Of a DNA stretch of 64,000 nucleotides, positions 40,624 to 50,836 are shown one piece after another (positions within the stretch are counted from its first letter, which is position 1; every line of letters begins with the position of its first letter). Both the position numbers and the translations under genes were made by a program. The notes under the pieces are model-generated. The model was not told where the DNA came from and made no database searches. It was given only the letters and a program-made list of their open reading frames with translations. The stretch lies in NCBI GenBank assembly GCA_964394685.1, contig CAYMYO010000002.1, positions 34,148 to 98,147 of the forward strand, written 5' to 3'. This stretch comes from an uncultured Gammaproteobacteria bacterium. Lineage in GTDB: Bacteria; Patescibacteriota; Microgenomatia; UBA10105; UBA927.

Positions 40624-41685
40624 ATGAACCCGAAAAAATATTCACGGCTTCAGCTTGTTGTTATCATGATTCTTTTTTTTGTAAGCATTTTTTTGAGTAT
40701 CAAGACGTACCGATATATCCAAGCAGTTTCAACGCAAACAGGAATAACTCCACGTATACTCACTCAGCTTATTTTTGATGGAGCAGATTCTTTAAAATCT
40801 TCGGACGGTCGTATCAATATATTACTCCTTGGCATATCGGGAGGGACGCATGAGGGACCGGATTTGACGGATACAATGATCGTCGCTTCTGTTTCGAAAA
40901 AAAATCCTGCCTTGCCGGCAGGCAGGCCCTCAATATCTCTTCTTTCTATTCCTCGTGACATTTGGTCAGAAACATTGAAAGATAAGATTAACAGCGCATA
41001 TCACTATGGAGAAGAAAAAAGAAAAGGAGGAGGAAAAGTACTGGCGAAAGCAATTGTTGAAGATGTGACCGGACTTGTCATTCATTATGTCATTGTTGTC
41101 GATTTTTCTCGATTTGAGAATCTTATTGATATAGTAGGTGGAGTAGATATTGTTGTTCCAAAAGCATTTATCGACACCGAATATCCCATAGCAGGTAAAG
41201 AGAATGATGAATGCGGAGGGGACATCACTTTTGCATGTCGGTATGAAACAGTACAATTTCAAGCCGGATTCCAGCATATGAATGGAAGTATTGCGCTGAA
41301 ATACGTACGCAGCCGTCACGCAGAAGGGGATGAGGGAACAGATTTTGCACGAGGAAATCGTCAACAAGATGTCATCGTTGCTTTAAAAGAAAAGATTATG
41401 CGCAGTAAACCATGGCTTCATCCAAACACATCATTGAAACTACTACAAATTGCTGATATAGCAACAGATACTGATATGACCATTGGTGAGCAGCTCACTA
41501 TGGGAAAATATCTTCTCAAAGTAAAATCACCGGCAATTTCTAGAATTTCAATTGAACCGCTTCTTATGAACCCACCATCTTGGATGTATGGAAGATATGT
41601 GCTTGTTCCCGAAAAAGATTATGAAGCGATCCACGATTTTATAAAATTAAGCCTAACACAAGAAGAAGAACGCTTCCGACAGTAA
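40624..41685 (+). CDS. LCP (LytR-CpsA-Psr) family protein
   Basis: NILLLG, TDTMIV, LLSIPRD, YVRSRH and DFARGNRQQ motifs. Confidence 0.93.
   Translation: MNPKKYSRLQLVVIMILFFVSIFLSIKTYRYIQAVSTQTGITPRILTQLIFDGADSLKSSDGRINILLLGISGGTHEGPDLTDTMIVASVSKKNPALPAGRPSISLLSIPRDIWSETLKDKINSAYHYGEEKRKGGGKVLAKAIVEDVTGLVIHYVIVVDFSRFENLIDIVGGVDIVVPKAFIDTEYPIAGKENDECGGDITFACRYETVQFQAGFQHMNGSIALKYVRSRHAEGDEGTDFARGNRQQDVIVALKEKIMRSKPWLHPNTSLKLLQIADIATDTDMTIGEQLTMGKYLLKVKSPAISRISIEPLLMNPPSWMYGRYVLVPEKDYEAIHDFIKLSLTQEEERFRQ
40906..40926. repeat. Family B palindrome, in frame (PALPAGR)
   Basis: CCTGCCTTGCCGGCAGGCAGG, 21 nt. Confidence 0.9.
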
Positions 41686-42820
41686 TAATGATTGCTTTTA
41701 TGTCGAAAAATCCAGAAACTGGTACTTTTGGTGTAGGTCGTTGAGTCTCTGTTACAATAGGTGCTTCGGCAATGACCCGTTCACGAGGTGGTTGTTGCAC
41801 ATAGACAACGCGTTCCGTTGGCAGCGCAGTTGCCTCAGCAATCGGACATTCACAATTTGTTCGATCCGGACACGCAGCTTTTCTGCATCGTTTTACACCG
41901 AGTGATGTAACACACGAAAGGCCTGATTCACAATTGCTGTCAAAGTCACATGACGCGTCACATCTGCCCGGAGCACTTGTATTTACAATCGTTGGTGTTG
42001 CTGTTGGGGCTGATGTATTGGTCGGAGCAGGAGTATTGGTTGCGATTGGTACGGGAGTATTTGTATTACCAGGTTGATTTGTTGGTGTTAGGGTAGGTGT
42101 ATTTCCTCCCCCGCCGCCAGCTGGAGTTGGAATCGTAGCTGGACAGGTACCAGAAGTACTCCAAACACAATAATTTTCGTTTATAGTACAAGCATTTTGG
42201 CTTGCACCAGTGCATGTATTAATAGAGTAGGTGGTATTATATTTATGGCAACATTTTTTTGTACTGCTTACAGGAGCAGTCGTTGGCGTTGCTGTTGCTG
42301 TAGGACAAGCGTCTCTACAATCCTCCGGTGCAAAATTTTTGCAAATACAGTCGTTGTAACAATTTCCTGTATTACAACTTGGCGCTGCTGGACGAGGAGT
42401 AGGAGTATTTGTTACGGAAACAGATATTTTGCAACATTTTCTTGGCGTAGTACAATTTGTACATGAACCATTGGGTATAATCGTTCCACCGGCCTCAGTA
42501 CACTCTATTGCTGCAGGCACACAAAATATTTCTGACACTATAGCTGCTCTGCTTCTTAGCTCAGTAATTTGCTGGTATTTTTGAGAACCGTAATAAATTG
42601 CAACAGGAAGAGTTAGGATGAAAAACAAAAGCATGCCAATGAGCATGCCTTTTCCGCCTTTTTTCTTTGGTGGTTTTACTACCGGTGGGGGAGGTTCTTG
42701 TTTTTCTTCCTTCGGTGCAATAACGATTGTTTCCGGTTCAGTGGGCGGTAATGGAACCGCCTCTAATTTTTTTGAAGCTTCATCAACTATCTGCTGTGGA
42801 TTTGTTGGTTCGTCTGCCAT
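41639..42820 (-). CDS. Cys-rich, Pro/Thr-rich surface protein with N-terminal TM and C-terminal VPVSG-TM
   Basis: Several Cys clusters separated by PT linkers; ELRSRA after the TM. Confidence 0.75.
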   Translation of the reverse strand: MADEPTNPQQIVDEASKKLEAVPLPPTEPETIVIAPKEEKQEPPPPVVKPPKKKGGKGMLIGMLLFFILTLPVAIYYGSQKYQQITELRSRAAIVSEIFCVPAAIECTEAGGTIIPNGSCTNCTTPRKCCKISVSVTNTPTPRPAAPSCNTGNCYNDCICKNFAPEDCRDACPTATATPTTAPVSSTKKCCHKYNTTYSINTCTGASQNACTINENYCVWSTSGTCPATIPTPAGGGGGNTPTLTPTNQPGNTNTPVPIATNTPAPTNTSAPTATPTIVNTSAPGRCDASCDFDSNCESGLSCVTSLGVKRCRKAACPDRTNCECPIAEATALPTERVVYVQQPPRERVIAEAPIVTETQRPTPKVPVSGFFDIKAIIITVGSVLLLVLGLIL

Positions 42821-42829
42821 ATATCCAGA

Positions 42830-44164
42830 CTAGTGCATACGAGATGTAATAGTCAATGCCCCCCCACTAATAAATAATATACAACCAAGTAGTATTAACA
42901 TTAATGTTGGTACTATGGACCCACTCGTTGGTATCTCATCAGCGATTAATTCTCCTGTTGGAGTCGCTTCTCCGGAAGGCGTCGCAGTGGGAATCACTTC
43001 CGTTGTTGCTGATGGTGTTGCATCTCCAAGCACCTGAGATCCGCTTTTGAGAACTGTAAATGTATGTGTGATCGCAACAGGTTTACTTTTTGCGTCTTGC
43101 GTTGTTATCGTGACACTTTGTTTTCCTGGGGCGAGTGCTTGTTTTGGGGTATATCTCCAAACTCCATCTTTTCCAACAACTGTCGATCCAATCGCCGGCT
43201 CTGTAATTCCAATAGTAATAGTCACTGTTTTTCCGGGAATTCCAACGCCACTGATAAGAGGTTTTGTTGAACTAAGTGTTGCTCCTTGAATTGGAGCGGT
43301 GAGTGCAACTCCGCCAGTTAATTTATCAGATGTTACCCCTAAAACAACTTGTTTTGGTTTTGTTGTGGGCGCCACCTGTTTTTGTGCAAGTGCAGCAGGA
43401 GTGGTTTTCTTTGCGTCCCGTCCCCGGAAATCATATGTTTCTCCCAAAATAATATCAGGAACCGGTGCATCATTTAACGTATCAGTGGTTACCCGGGAAA
43501 CACTAGATCCAAGTTGGATAACAAGTGTTTCATTGGTGCGTTCTTGTGAAGTGATATACGCTGCGCCATCTTGAGTGCGAAGAAGTGACAATGGAATAAT
43601 CCACGATCCAGAAGTTCGGACAAGCGTTGATAGTGTTTGACTTCCTTCGAGACTTAAATATACGAGTGCCCCTTCAGCGGGAAGACTGCTTATCGTTTTA
43701 ACTGACCCAAACGCAGGATCAAGAAGTGGAGCGTCACTGGTTAAAGTTGGAAGAGTTGTAACAGAAAAACTTTTTTTGTCTTCTTTAGGATTTATAGGAT
43801 ACTTCTTTCCGTTAGAAAGTACAGTTGCATCATATGTCGTTGACGGAACAAGTGTTCTCACTGTTACTGAATGGGTAAGATATTTTCCCATTTTTCCCGT
43901 GATGTCCCGTTCATCAAAACTGGAATATTTTTTTCCACTAGCTGTTGTGACAAGAAGTGTGCCTGAGGTAAGTTCATCTGTTTGCCAGGTAAAGGTAAAT
44001 GATGTATCAGTGAGATTTGTTACCATGATACTTTTTGGTTCTATGGAAAGTGTTGCTTTTGTCTCTTGTCTTGTAATTCCTTCAAACAAAAATCCAATAC
44101 CACCCACAGTAATAAGAAGGAGCATGATTGCAAGAAGTGTTGGTATTCGTTTTGTTTTCTGCAT
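42830..44164 (-). CDS. Fibronectin-III / Ig-like surface protein with C-terminal IPTSG-TM
   Basis: VTNLTDTSFTFTWQT FN3-like segment and an Ig-like domain (GVWRYTP). Confidence 0.78.
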   Translation of the reverse strand: MQKTKRIPTLLAIMLLLITVGGIGFLFEGITRQETKATLSIEPKSIMVTNLTDTSFTFTWQTDELTSGTLLVTTASGKKYSSFDERDITGKMGKYLTHSVTVRTLVPSTTYDATVLSNGKKYPINPKEDKKSFSVTTLPTLTSDAPLLDPAFGSVKTISSLPAEGALVYLSLEGSQTLSTLVRTSGSWIIPLSLLRTQDGAAYITSQERTNETLVIQLGSSVSRVTTDTLNDAPVPDIILGETYDFRGRDAKKTTPAALAQKQVAPTTKPKQVVLGVTSDKLTGGVALTAPIQGATLSSTKPLISGVGIPGKTVTITIGITEPAIGSTVVGKDGVWRYTPKQALAPGKQSVTITTQDAKSKPVAITHTFTVLKSGSQVLGDATPSATTEVIPTATPSGEATPTGELIADEIPTSGSIVPTLMLILLGCILFISGGALTITSRMH

Positions 44165-44168
44165 ACGT

Positions 44169-44369
44169 TTAGTAGCGTTTCTTATTTGTCAATATATCCA
44201 GTGTATCAGTATCAAGCTTCGGTGTTAAGGGTGTGATGAGTTGGTTCACCACAGCTGTATTTGTGGATGTTTTTGTTGTGCGTACAAGTTCAAAATAGAT
44301 CCACAATAACACCGTAATAAAGGTAAATATGGTAATCAGATAAAGATCCCGATCAGATTCTTGTTTCAT
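44169..44369 (-). CDS. Small membrane-anchored protein downstream of pilO
   Basis: One TM; position in the operon. Confidence 0.6.
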   Translation of the reverse strand: MKQESDRDLYLITIFTFITVLLWIYFELVRTTKTSTNTAVVNQLITPLTPKLDTDTLDILTNKKRY

Positions 44370-44378
44370 ATGTTCGTC

Positions 44379-45023
44379 TTAATAACTTTGATAATACGCA
44401 GTTAATTTTAATTGTAACCGAATTTCATTTAGTCCTGCTTGTGGTAACCCACTTTTGCCTGGAGAAAATGAGATTGAGTCAATAGTAATAATGCGCTGCA
44501 TAGCTAACAGTCCACTCATAAAAGACGCAAGCACATTATATGGTCCATCAATAGATACATTGATTGGAATAGCGGTGTGTTTAACAATAGAAGATGGAAG
44601 AGCGGCACTCGGAGTAGCGACAAGGATAGGGACTGAAGCTATTTGAATACCGCTCAGTGACGCTTGTGACGTTTCGGCTAACTTTTTCAGCTGTCGCGCG
44701 ATATCAACTGCCTGAGGATTCATTGGTATGGTATAAGAGATGACTTCTAACTGAGGTTGAATATTCTCAAGTATTGCCTGTGCTTCTATAAGAGCATTAA
44801 TTTTTTCATCCATTTTTGTATTGACCTCTTTTTTATCTACAATTTCTCTCTGTAAATAGAGAATGGTTTGGATCGTAGGTTTAATTGCAAACCACCCAAA
44901 GAGAGCAACAGTTAAAAAGAAAAAGATAACAGTAGAATACCGTTTTGTTTTTGGTTTATTGAGTATTGGCTCAAGTGATCGGTAATATTTTCGATATTCC
45001 TGTGGTATAGAAAATTTATCCAT
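44379..45023 (-). CDS. pilO: Type IV pilus assembly protein PilO-like
   Basis: TM, coiled coil and GPYNVLASFM...QRIITIDSI ferredoxin-like motif. Confidence 0.8.
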   Translation of the reverse strand: MDKFSIPQEYRKYYRSLEPILNKPKTKRYSTVIFFFLTVALFGWFAIKPTIQTILYLQREIVDKKEVNTKMDEKINALIEAQAILENIQPQLEVISYTIPMNPQAVDIARQLKKLAETSQASLSGIQIASVPILVATPSAALPSSIVKHTAIPINVSIDGPYNVLASFMSGLLAMQRIITIDSISFSPGKSGLPQAGLNEIRLQLKLTAYYQSY

Positions 45024-45029
45024 ACGATA

Positions 45030-45584
45030 TTATTTTTTACCTGCCTGCGCAAGTTGCGCTGTGAGCGTGTACTGGATACCGGCAACTGTTTGTTTATCAA
45101 CAGTCCCGATTTCAATATTAGATAATTGTTTTGTTGCGCTTAAATTGATCAAAAATTGAGAAAAACTTTGGACGGTCAGTGATACAACTTGTGATGTAAT
45201 TTTACTATCATTAATTGATAGCGATTGAAAATATGTCCCCGAGGGAAGCAGCACATGCAATGTATTTATGGTGTTTGTTGGAATTTCCTGTTTCGCAAGA
45301 AGCGCTTTCATCTTGTTTAGAGAATCCTGTATTTGACGAAATTGAATTTCTAAATCCTGATTGGCGGCAATGATATCTTGTTTTTGTTGTATTTCATCTT
45401 TCAGATCTGTTAATTGACGATCTAAGCTAAACCTGGAAAGGAACGCGACAAGAACAATCATTTCTGTTGTCACCATAATATATCTGCCATACGTGGTAGC
45501 CCAGCCAATGAAGCGACCGAGTGGAGAATGTTCTTGTTGCTCAAGACCCAAGAGATTGATTGATATTTTTGGTGCGGCAGGCAT
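45030..45584 (-). CDS. pilN: Type IV pilus assembly protein PilN-like
   Basis: SINLL PilM-binding motif, TM, coiled coil and LLPSG. Confidence 0.75.
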   Translation of the reverse strand: MPAAPKISINLLGLEQQEHSPLGRFIGWATTYGRYIMVTTEMIVLVAFLSRFSLDRQLTDLKDEIQQKQDIIAANQDLEIQFRQIQDSLNKMKALLAKQEIPTNTINTLHVLLPSGTYFQSLSINDSKITSQVVSLTVQSFSQFLINLSATKQLSNIEIGTVDKQTVAGIQYTLTAQLAQAGKK

Positions 45585-45617
45585 ACCTCCATAATATCAT
45601 AGTTATGGAGTAAAGAA

Positions 45618-45857
45618 TTATTTCTTAATAAGAAGTTTTGAGAGGCGGGATTTGAGTCGTGAAGCCTTATTTTTGTGGATCACATGAAGTTTTACTGCTT
45701 TATCCAAGAGAGAAAACACAGCTCGCAATTGTTTTTTTGTCGGAGTTTTTCTCATGGATTTCACTCCATCACGAAGGTGCGCACGGTGAGCCGCGTTAAT
45801 TACTTGTTGTTTCCGGTCCCGTCTTAATTTTTTTTCTGCTTGTGCTGTAACTGGCAT
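45618..45857 (-). CDS. rpsT: 30S ribosomal protein S20
   Basis: LDKAVKLHVIHKNKASRLKSRL motif. Confidence 0.96.
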   Translation of the reverse strand: MPVTAQAEKKLRRDRKQQVINAAHRAHLRDGVKSMRKTPTKKQLRAVFSLLDKAVKLHVIHKNKASRLKSRLSKLLIKK

Positions 45858-45922
45858 AGGGCAAAGTATACCTGATTAGGGTATAGCTGGTCAAGGTGAG
45901 ATTGCGTTATAATAGGGTCGTA

Positions 45923-47578
45923 ATGAAACGTGTATGGTCATTCCTTTGGAATAAACAAGCTTCGATGCGGTCGGCCGTAACTGTTCTTATCATCATGGTG
46001 TTTGCATCTCGCGTACTCGGACTCCTTCGGGACAGAATGCTCGCTGCACGATTTTCTCCCGATGAACTTGGTGTGTATTTAGCGGCGTTTCGACTTCCTA
46101 ATCTTCTTTTTGAGCTTCTTGTCATGGGAGCCTTAACATCGGCATTTATTCCTGTATACACAAAATATATAACCCTTGGAAAACAAGAAGAGGCTTGGAG
46201 AATTTCAAATACCATTATTACTATTTCCTGTATTCTATTAGCGTTCATCGCAATACCAATTCTTATCTGGACCAAAGCAGTATCACATTTCATAGCCCCT
46301 GGTTTTTCAGATGCCCAGGTAATGCAAATGATAGGGTTTACCAGATTTATGGTAGTAGCCCAAGTATTTCCACTTCTTATAGGAAATTTTTTTACCGGTA
46401 TTTTACAATCACATAATTTATTTACCGTTCCGGCAATAGCGCCTGTTGTCTACAATATCGGAATTATTATTGCCATTGTTGTTTTTTCTTCAACAATGGG
46501 ATTATGGGCACCGGTTGTAGGAGTGGGCATTGGAGCAGTTCTTTTTATGTGTATTCAAATTCCGTCTCTTATTAAACTCGGGTACCGCAGTCGAATCGAT
46601 TTAGATATACATAATCAGGGCGTACGAGAAATTGGAAAACTCATGGTGCCAAGAACAATCGGTCTTGCTATATCACAAGTGGACACAACAGTCGATCTCA
46701 TATTATCAACCCTTCTTGGAGCGCGTATGGTAACCGTGTTTCATTTTGCGCAGCATTTACAGCAATTTCCCATTGCTCTTTTCGGAGCCACAGTTGCTCA
46801 AGCAGCATTTCCCTTGTTATCCCAGGCAAGCGCATCGGGAGATAAAGATAAATTTGCTAAAACGTTATACTCAGCACTCAATCAAATCATTTTTTTCATT
46901 ATGCCGGTATCAGTGTTGTTTATGGTACTTCGAATTCCCATTGTACGGCTTGTTTTTGGTGCGTCGCGATTTGATTGGCAGGCAACGGTGCTAACCGGTA
47001 TGACGTTATCCATGTTTGCCATTTCACTTTCAGCCCAAGCGGTATCACAACTTTTCACTCGGGGATTTTATGCGCTATATGACACAAAAACCCCAGTTAT
47101 TATTGGAGTTATTACCATTTTAATTAATACAGTTTGCAGTATCGTATTTGTACAAATATATAAGTTTCCTGTGTGGTCTTTGGGATTATCAACAACCATT
47201 GCAAGCATCATCAATGCGTCACTACTTGTTGTATATCTTGGAAAACGAATAGGCGCTAGTACTATGATACATATGTTTTATACACCTGTTAAAATTGTTA
47301 TTGCGTCACTTATAACAGGACTCGCTTTATATATTCCACTCAAATTATTTGATCAACTTGTTTTTGATACAACGAGAACATCGGGACTCCTCCTTCTAAC
47401 AGGAGCAGCGAGTTTGATTGGACTTATTGTTTATGTGTTTCTCGTTTGGGTACTTGATGTACGGGAGGTAAAAACATTTGTCAGTATGATTTCTCAAATA
47501 CGCCGGCCGAAACAAATTATTTTGGAATCCGCAAGTGAAGTTGTCGGCAACGGGGGACAAAACACCCCGATTTCGTAG
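45923..47578 (+). CDS. murJ: Lipid II flippase MurJ
   Basis: SRVLGLLRD, AFRLPN and RGFYALYDTKTP motifs. Confidence 0.95.
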   Translation: MKRVWSFLWNKQASMRSAVTVLIIMVFASRVLGLLRDRMLAARFSPDELGVYLAAFRLPNLLFELLVMGALTSAFIPVYTKYITLGKQEEAWRISNTIITISCILLAFIAIPILIWTKAVSHFIAPGFSDAQVMQMIGFTRFMVVAQVFPLLIGNFFTGILQSHNLFTVPAIAPVVYNIGIIIAIVVFSSTMGLWAPVVGVGIGAVLFMCIQIPSLIKLGYRSRIDLDIHNQGVREIGKLMVPRTIGLAISQVDTTVDLILSTLLGARMVTVFHFAQHLQQFPIALFGATVAQAAFPLLSQASASGDKDKFAKTLYSALNQIIFFIMPVSVLFMVLRIPIVRLVFGASRFDWQATVLTGMTLSMFAISLSAQAVSQLFTRGFYALYDTKTPVIIGVITILINTVCSIVFVQIYKFPVWSLGLSTTIASIINASLLVVYLGKRIGASTMIHMFYTPVKIVIASLITGLALYIPLKLFDQLVFDTTRTSGLLLLTGAASLIGLIVYVFLVWVLDVREVKTFVSMISQIRRPKQIILESASEVVGNGGQNTPIS

Positions 47579-47583
47579 AAAAA

Positions 47584-48987
47584 TTACTTTTTTGACAGCT
47601 CCAAGATGGCCATGCTTTGTGCCTGCATAAACACTTCTTTTGCGAGTGTGCCGCTTGCGACAGATTCATCTGATTGAATAGATCGTCCAAATAAGAACCG
47701 TTCTTTATATGTATACGCGCCATTGGGTAACCCTGTTATTGTGACGGGCACTTGTTCGCTATGTGTACCATTGGCATCAAAATTAACTAAGAATATACGG
47801 ATAACACCACCGCGTTTCGTTGCAAACGCCGTCACCCAAGATCCTTCTCCAGTAAGTTGTAATCGCTCTCCTTTCATTGCATCAATAAATGCATAGACGC
47901 TGTAACGCGGTTTTGCTTTTTTCCCGTTTGTTGAATGGGTAAATAAACCCCATCCAGACCCGTCTTCCTGGTTCGGCCCGTCAATAAGCTCAAAGGAAAA
48001 TAAATATGTTGGACCCCCTGAGATAAGCTGTCGAATAACGGCCGCGGTATGAGCAGCGCCAAAGGCGGTACCATACATTTTATTTTTTGCTCCGGTAAAT
48101 CCAAACTCAGTAATAAGCGTTGGCTTGAGGCTAAGTCCCGGATACGGTAGGAGCCATTTGACAAGATTATGCTGATCTGTCATATATCGTTTTGGATCTC
48201 CTAAATATGTATGCCAGGAAAAGAAATCTATCCGAGCGCCGGAATTAGCAAGGCCAATAATCCAATTTTTGTAGAGCCCTGTTGTCGATGGTCCGCCGAT
48301 ATAAAATGTATTCACATTAGCGGCTTGACCTGCTCCTTGTGCTGCATACCGATATAACGTAACGTAACTCTTTTCTCCACTCATTTTCCATTTTCCAAAT
48401 TGATCTAGATCAGGCTCGTTCCACACTTCGTAGTAGACGCCGTTGATATTCTTTTCTCCTTTTCCGCTATAGTGTTCAACAGTCCGTTTGACAACAGCCG
48501 CCCAATCATCCCAATTATTTGGCACATTAATAATCGAACCATCTTTTGCGATAACCGATGGCATAAAGGAAAGAGCAAGTAACGGTTTTGCACCTGTTGA
48601 CACAATGGTATTCACGATTTGGTCTAATTTGTCAAAGTTGTAGGAAAGGTTCCCACTGGACCCGGACACCACGTCAAAATGGTCATAGATATGGTCAATA
48701 CGAATAATCTCTGGTGATAGCGCCTTTGTTTCATTAATAACGGGCGCGATCATATCATTTGCTTCTTCTCCTCCTTGTGCAAATGCGTGGTAAAAATTCG
48801 TTGAAATGGATTCTAAAGGTACACTTGCATCAACAACAATATTTGCTTTTGTTCCCGATGCCTTGGTTGCAAGAGACATAATGCCTGCAATTCCCGCAAC
48901 CAGAAGCGGTGCGAAAATGACGAGCGCGATAATGATAACTACTTTTTTTATTGACGGGGGAGCTTTTTGTTGAATAAACATAGTCAT
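47584..48987 (-). CDS. Membrane-anchored GH39-like glycoside hydrolase
   Basis: YEVWNEPD, DFFSWH and LITEFG clan-A motifs. Confidence 0.85.
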   Translation of the reverse strand: MTMFIQQKAPPSIKKVVIIIALVIFAPLLVAGIAGIMSLATKASGTKANIVVDASVPLESISTNFYHAFAQGGEEANDMIAPVINETKALSPEIIRIDHIYDHFDVVSGSSGNLSYNFDKLDQIVNTIVSTGAKPLLALSFMPSVIAKDGSIINVPNNWDDWAAVVKRTVEHYSGKGEKNINGVYYEVWNEPDLDQFGKWKMSGEKSYVTLYRYAAQGAGQAANVNTFYIGGPSTTGLYKNWIIGLANSGARIDFFSWHTYLGDPKRYMTDQHNLVKWLLPYPGLSLKPTLITEFGFTGAKNKMYGTAFGAAHTAAVIRQLISGGPTYLFSFELIDGPNQEDGSGWGLFTHSTNGKKAKPRYSVYAFIDAMKGERLQLTGEGSWVTAFATKRGGVIRIFLVNFDANGTHSEQVPVTITGLPNGAYTYKERFLFGRSIQSDESVASGTLAKEVFMQAQSMAILELSKK

Positions 48988-50015
48988 ATTCGTATCTGTG
49001 ATGTCTGGATCATCACGCCTCCTAGTAATAATAGTAGTGAAACACCAATAAGAACAATTGTATACGTAATAGTGCCGGAAATGGGCATCGTCTCTCCTGT
49101 TAGCTCTCCGTTTGCTGTGCTTGATACGGTAAATTCAGATGAGGTTGTATTTGCTGTTCCATCTGAATTTTGAGATGTGACGACGATCGTATGCGTCCCA
49201 TCAGTCAGTGGTTGAGTTGGTGTGTATTGATAATTCCCATTTGCATCAGTGGTAACCACAACAGTAATTGGGTCAGAGTGGATAACAATTGTTACTGTTG
49301 ATCCGGGAGGAGCAACTCCTTGAATAAGAGGAGCATTGGGAGAAACACCTGATTCGTCTTTTTGAATAGAAACCTGAATTGCAGACGAACTTGCTTGGGG
49401 TGTTGGAGATAGTTGAGGTATCGCTGTTGGAGTAATGATCACTGTTGGCGAAACTGCATTTGACACGGTTGGAACGACCTGTGCATCTTGACCCATAGAA
49501 ACAGTAACGGAAGCGGGGATACTGTTAGTGAGTACATTTGGATTATTTTCTCCGAGTCCAGAAACAAACGTAGTAGTATCAAATTTTACTTGAGTTGGCG
49601 CATCAGTTGCTCCCATTGCTTTAAAGCGAATAACTGCAATCGTACCAGTTCCTTTAATGGGTTTTGTTGTATTTTCAGCGCGTACGGTAATTGATGCCGT
49701 TCCTCCTCCAACAACTCCTGAAGCAGCTATTTTTGGCGCCAGTGGACCATTTGTGATGCTGAGAGCCTCTAATTTTGTTGCGTCATAGATAAGATGAAGT
49801 TCTGCCATTGCGACATTATTAGCCGCTGTATCAATCTGTACATCAAATGAGAAAATATCACCTTTGGTTTTTGTCGTAGTACTTGGATTTAGCGCAAGAA
49901 CTGTTGCTGGAGCAGCACGACTCCGAAGTTCTTGTTGTTGTCCAACCATATATACCGTGATAGGAACAACAGTAAGAATAATAAGAAGAATGATAAAAAA
50001 GACGACTTTTTTCAT
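48984..50015 (-). CDS. Cohesin-like plus Ig-like surface protein with C-terminal MPISG-TM
   Basis: ELRSRA after the TM, cohesin-like YDATKLE...GTIAVIRFKA and Ig-like GNYQYTP. Confidence 0.8.
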   Translation of the reverse strand: MKKVVFFIILLIILTVVPITVYMVGQQQELRSRAAPATVLALNPSTTTKTKGDIFSFDVQIDTAANNVAMAELHLIYDATKLEALSITNGPLAPKIAASGVVGGGTASITVRAENTTKPIKGTGTIAVIRFKAMGATDAPTQVKFDTTTFVSGLGENNPNVLTNSIPASVTVSMGQDAQVVPTVSNAVSPTVIITPTAIPQLSPTPQASSSAIQVSIQKDESGVSPNAPLIQGVAPPGSTVTIVIHSDPITVVVTTDANGNYQYTPTQPLTDGTHTIVVTSQNSDGTANTTSSEFTVSSTANGELTGETMPISGTITYTIVLIGVSLLLLLGGVMIQTSQIRI

Positions 50016-50061
50016 CCTATAACCAGTATGAAGTATTGACGCAGAAAATTACAATAGGGTC

Positions 50062-50098
50062 TTGACATGAATTAGCACTCGTTATATATTACTGCTAA
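50062..50098 (+). promoter_or_regulatory. Sigma70 promoter with overlapping CIRCE of the hrcA operon
   Basis: TTGACA(50062)-N17-TATATT(50085), and TTAGCACTC-N9-TACTGCTAA (50072-50098). Confidence 0.9.
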
Positions 50099-50099
50099 T

Positions 50100-50834
50100 A
50101 TGGAAACAACATTTGATCTTACTCCAAGACAAGTTGCAATCTTGAAATCCATTATTGAGGAATTTATAACAACTGCAGAAGGGGTCGGTTCCGAAACGCT
50201 GGACAAGAAATATAATCTCGGTGTTTCGCCAGCAACAATTAGAAATGAAATGGTGAGACTAACCGATATGAAACTTCTCAAACAGTCGCATACGTCAGCT
50301 GGTCGTGCACCAACACCGGCAGCCTTAAAGTTTTATGTAGAACATCTCATGAAGCAAAAAGAAATGTCAGTTGCTGAAGAGATGTCAGTGAAAGAGAAAA
50401 TTTGGGATTATCGGCAGGAAGTGGATAAGCTGCTGCGCGAGGCAACGAAAACCCTCGCTGACAGCACAAAAACACTGGCAATTACTGCTACAAAAGATGG
50501 AGATCTCTATTTCGCGGGTGCTGCCAATATTCTCGATATGCCGGAATTTTTTGATTATGAACTCACTCACGCGCTTTTTGCAGCGCTTGACCGATTTGAT
50601 TTTTGGTGGGAACTCTTGGCTCGTGAAAGCGGACCATTTGAAATTCTCATTGGAGAAGATTTGGGAGATCGCGGCGTATTATCCCAATGTGGATATGTGT
50701 ATCATAAATTCGAAACCCCGCACGTGTCAGGAGCAATCGGCATTGTTGGTCCGTCACGCTTAAATTATCCACGGCTTATCCCCATGGTGCGCTATATGGG
50801 CGGATTAATTCATGAATTTGGGAGTAATTGGTAA
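50100..50834 (+). CDS. hrcA: Heat-inducible repressor HrcA (short form)
   Basis: VSPATIRNEM, HTSAGRAPT and GIVGPSRLNY motifs. Confidence 0.95.
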   Translation: METTFDLTPRQVAILKSIIEEFITTAEGVGSETLDKKYNLGVSPATIRNEMVRLTDMKLLKQSHTSAGRAPTPAALKFYVEHLMKQKEMSVAEEMSVKEKIWDYRQEVDKLLREATKTLADSTKTLAITATKDGDLYFAGAANILDMPEFFDYELTHALFAALDRFDFWWELLARESGPFEILIGEDLGDRGVLSQCGYVYHKFETPHVSGAIGIVGPSRLNYPRLIPMVRYMGGLIHEFGSNW

Positions 50835-50836
50835 CT

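Noticed and set aside
42111-42125. Partial family C match CCGCCAGCTGG
   Set aside because: It is only a partial palindrome within Gly/Pro codons and could be chance.
41980-42420. Pro/Thr repeats as DNA repeat elements
   Set aside because: These are protein-level low-complexity linkers with variable codons.
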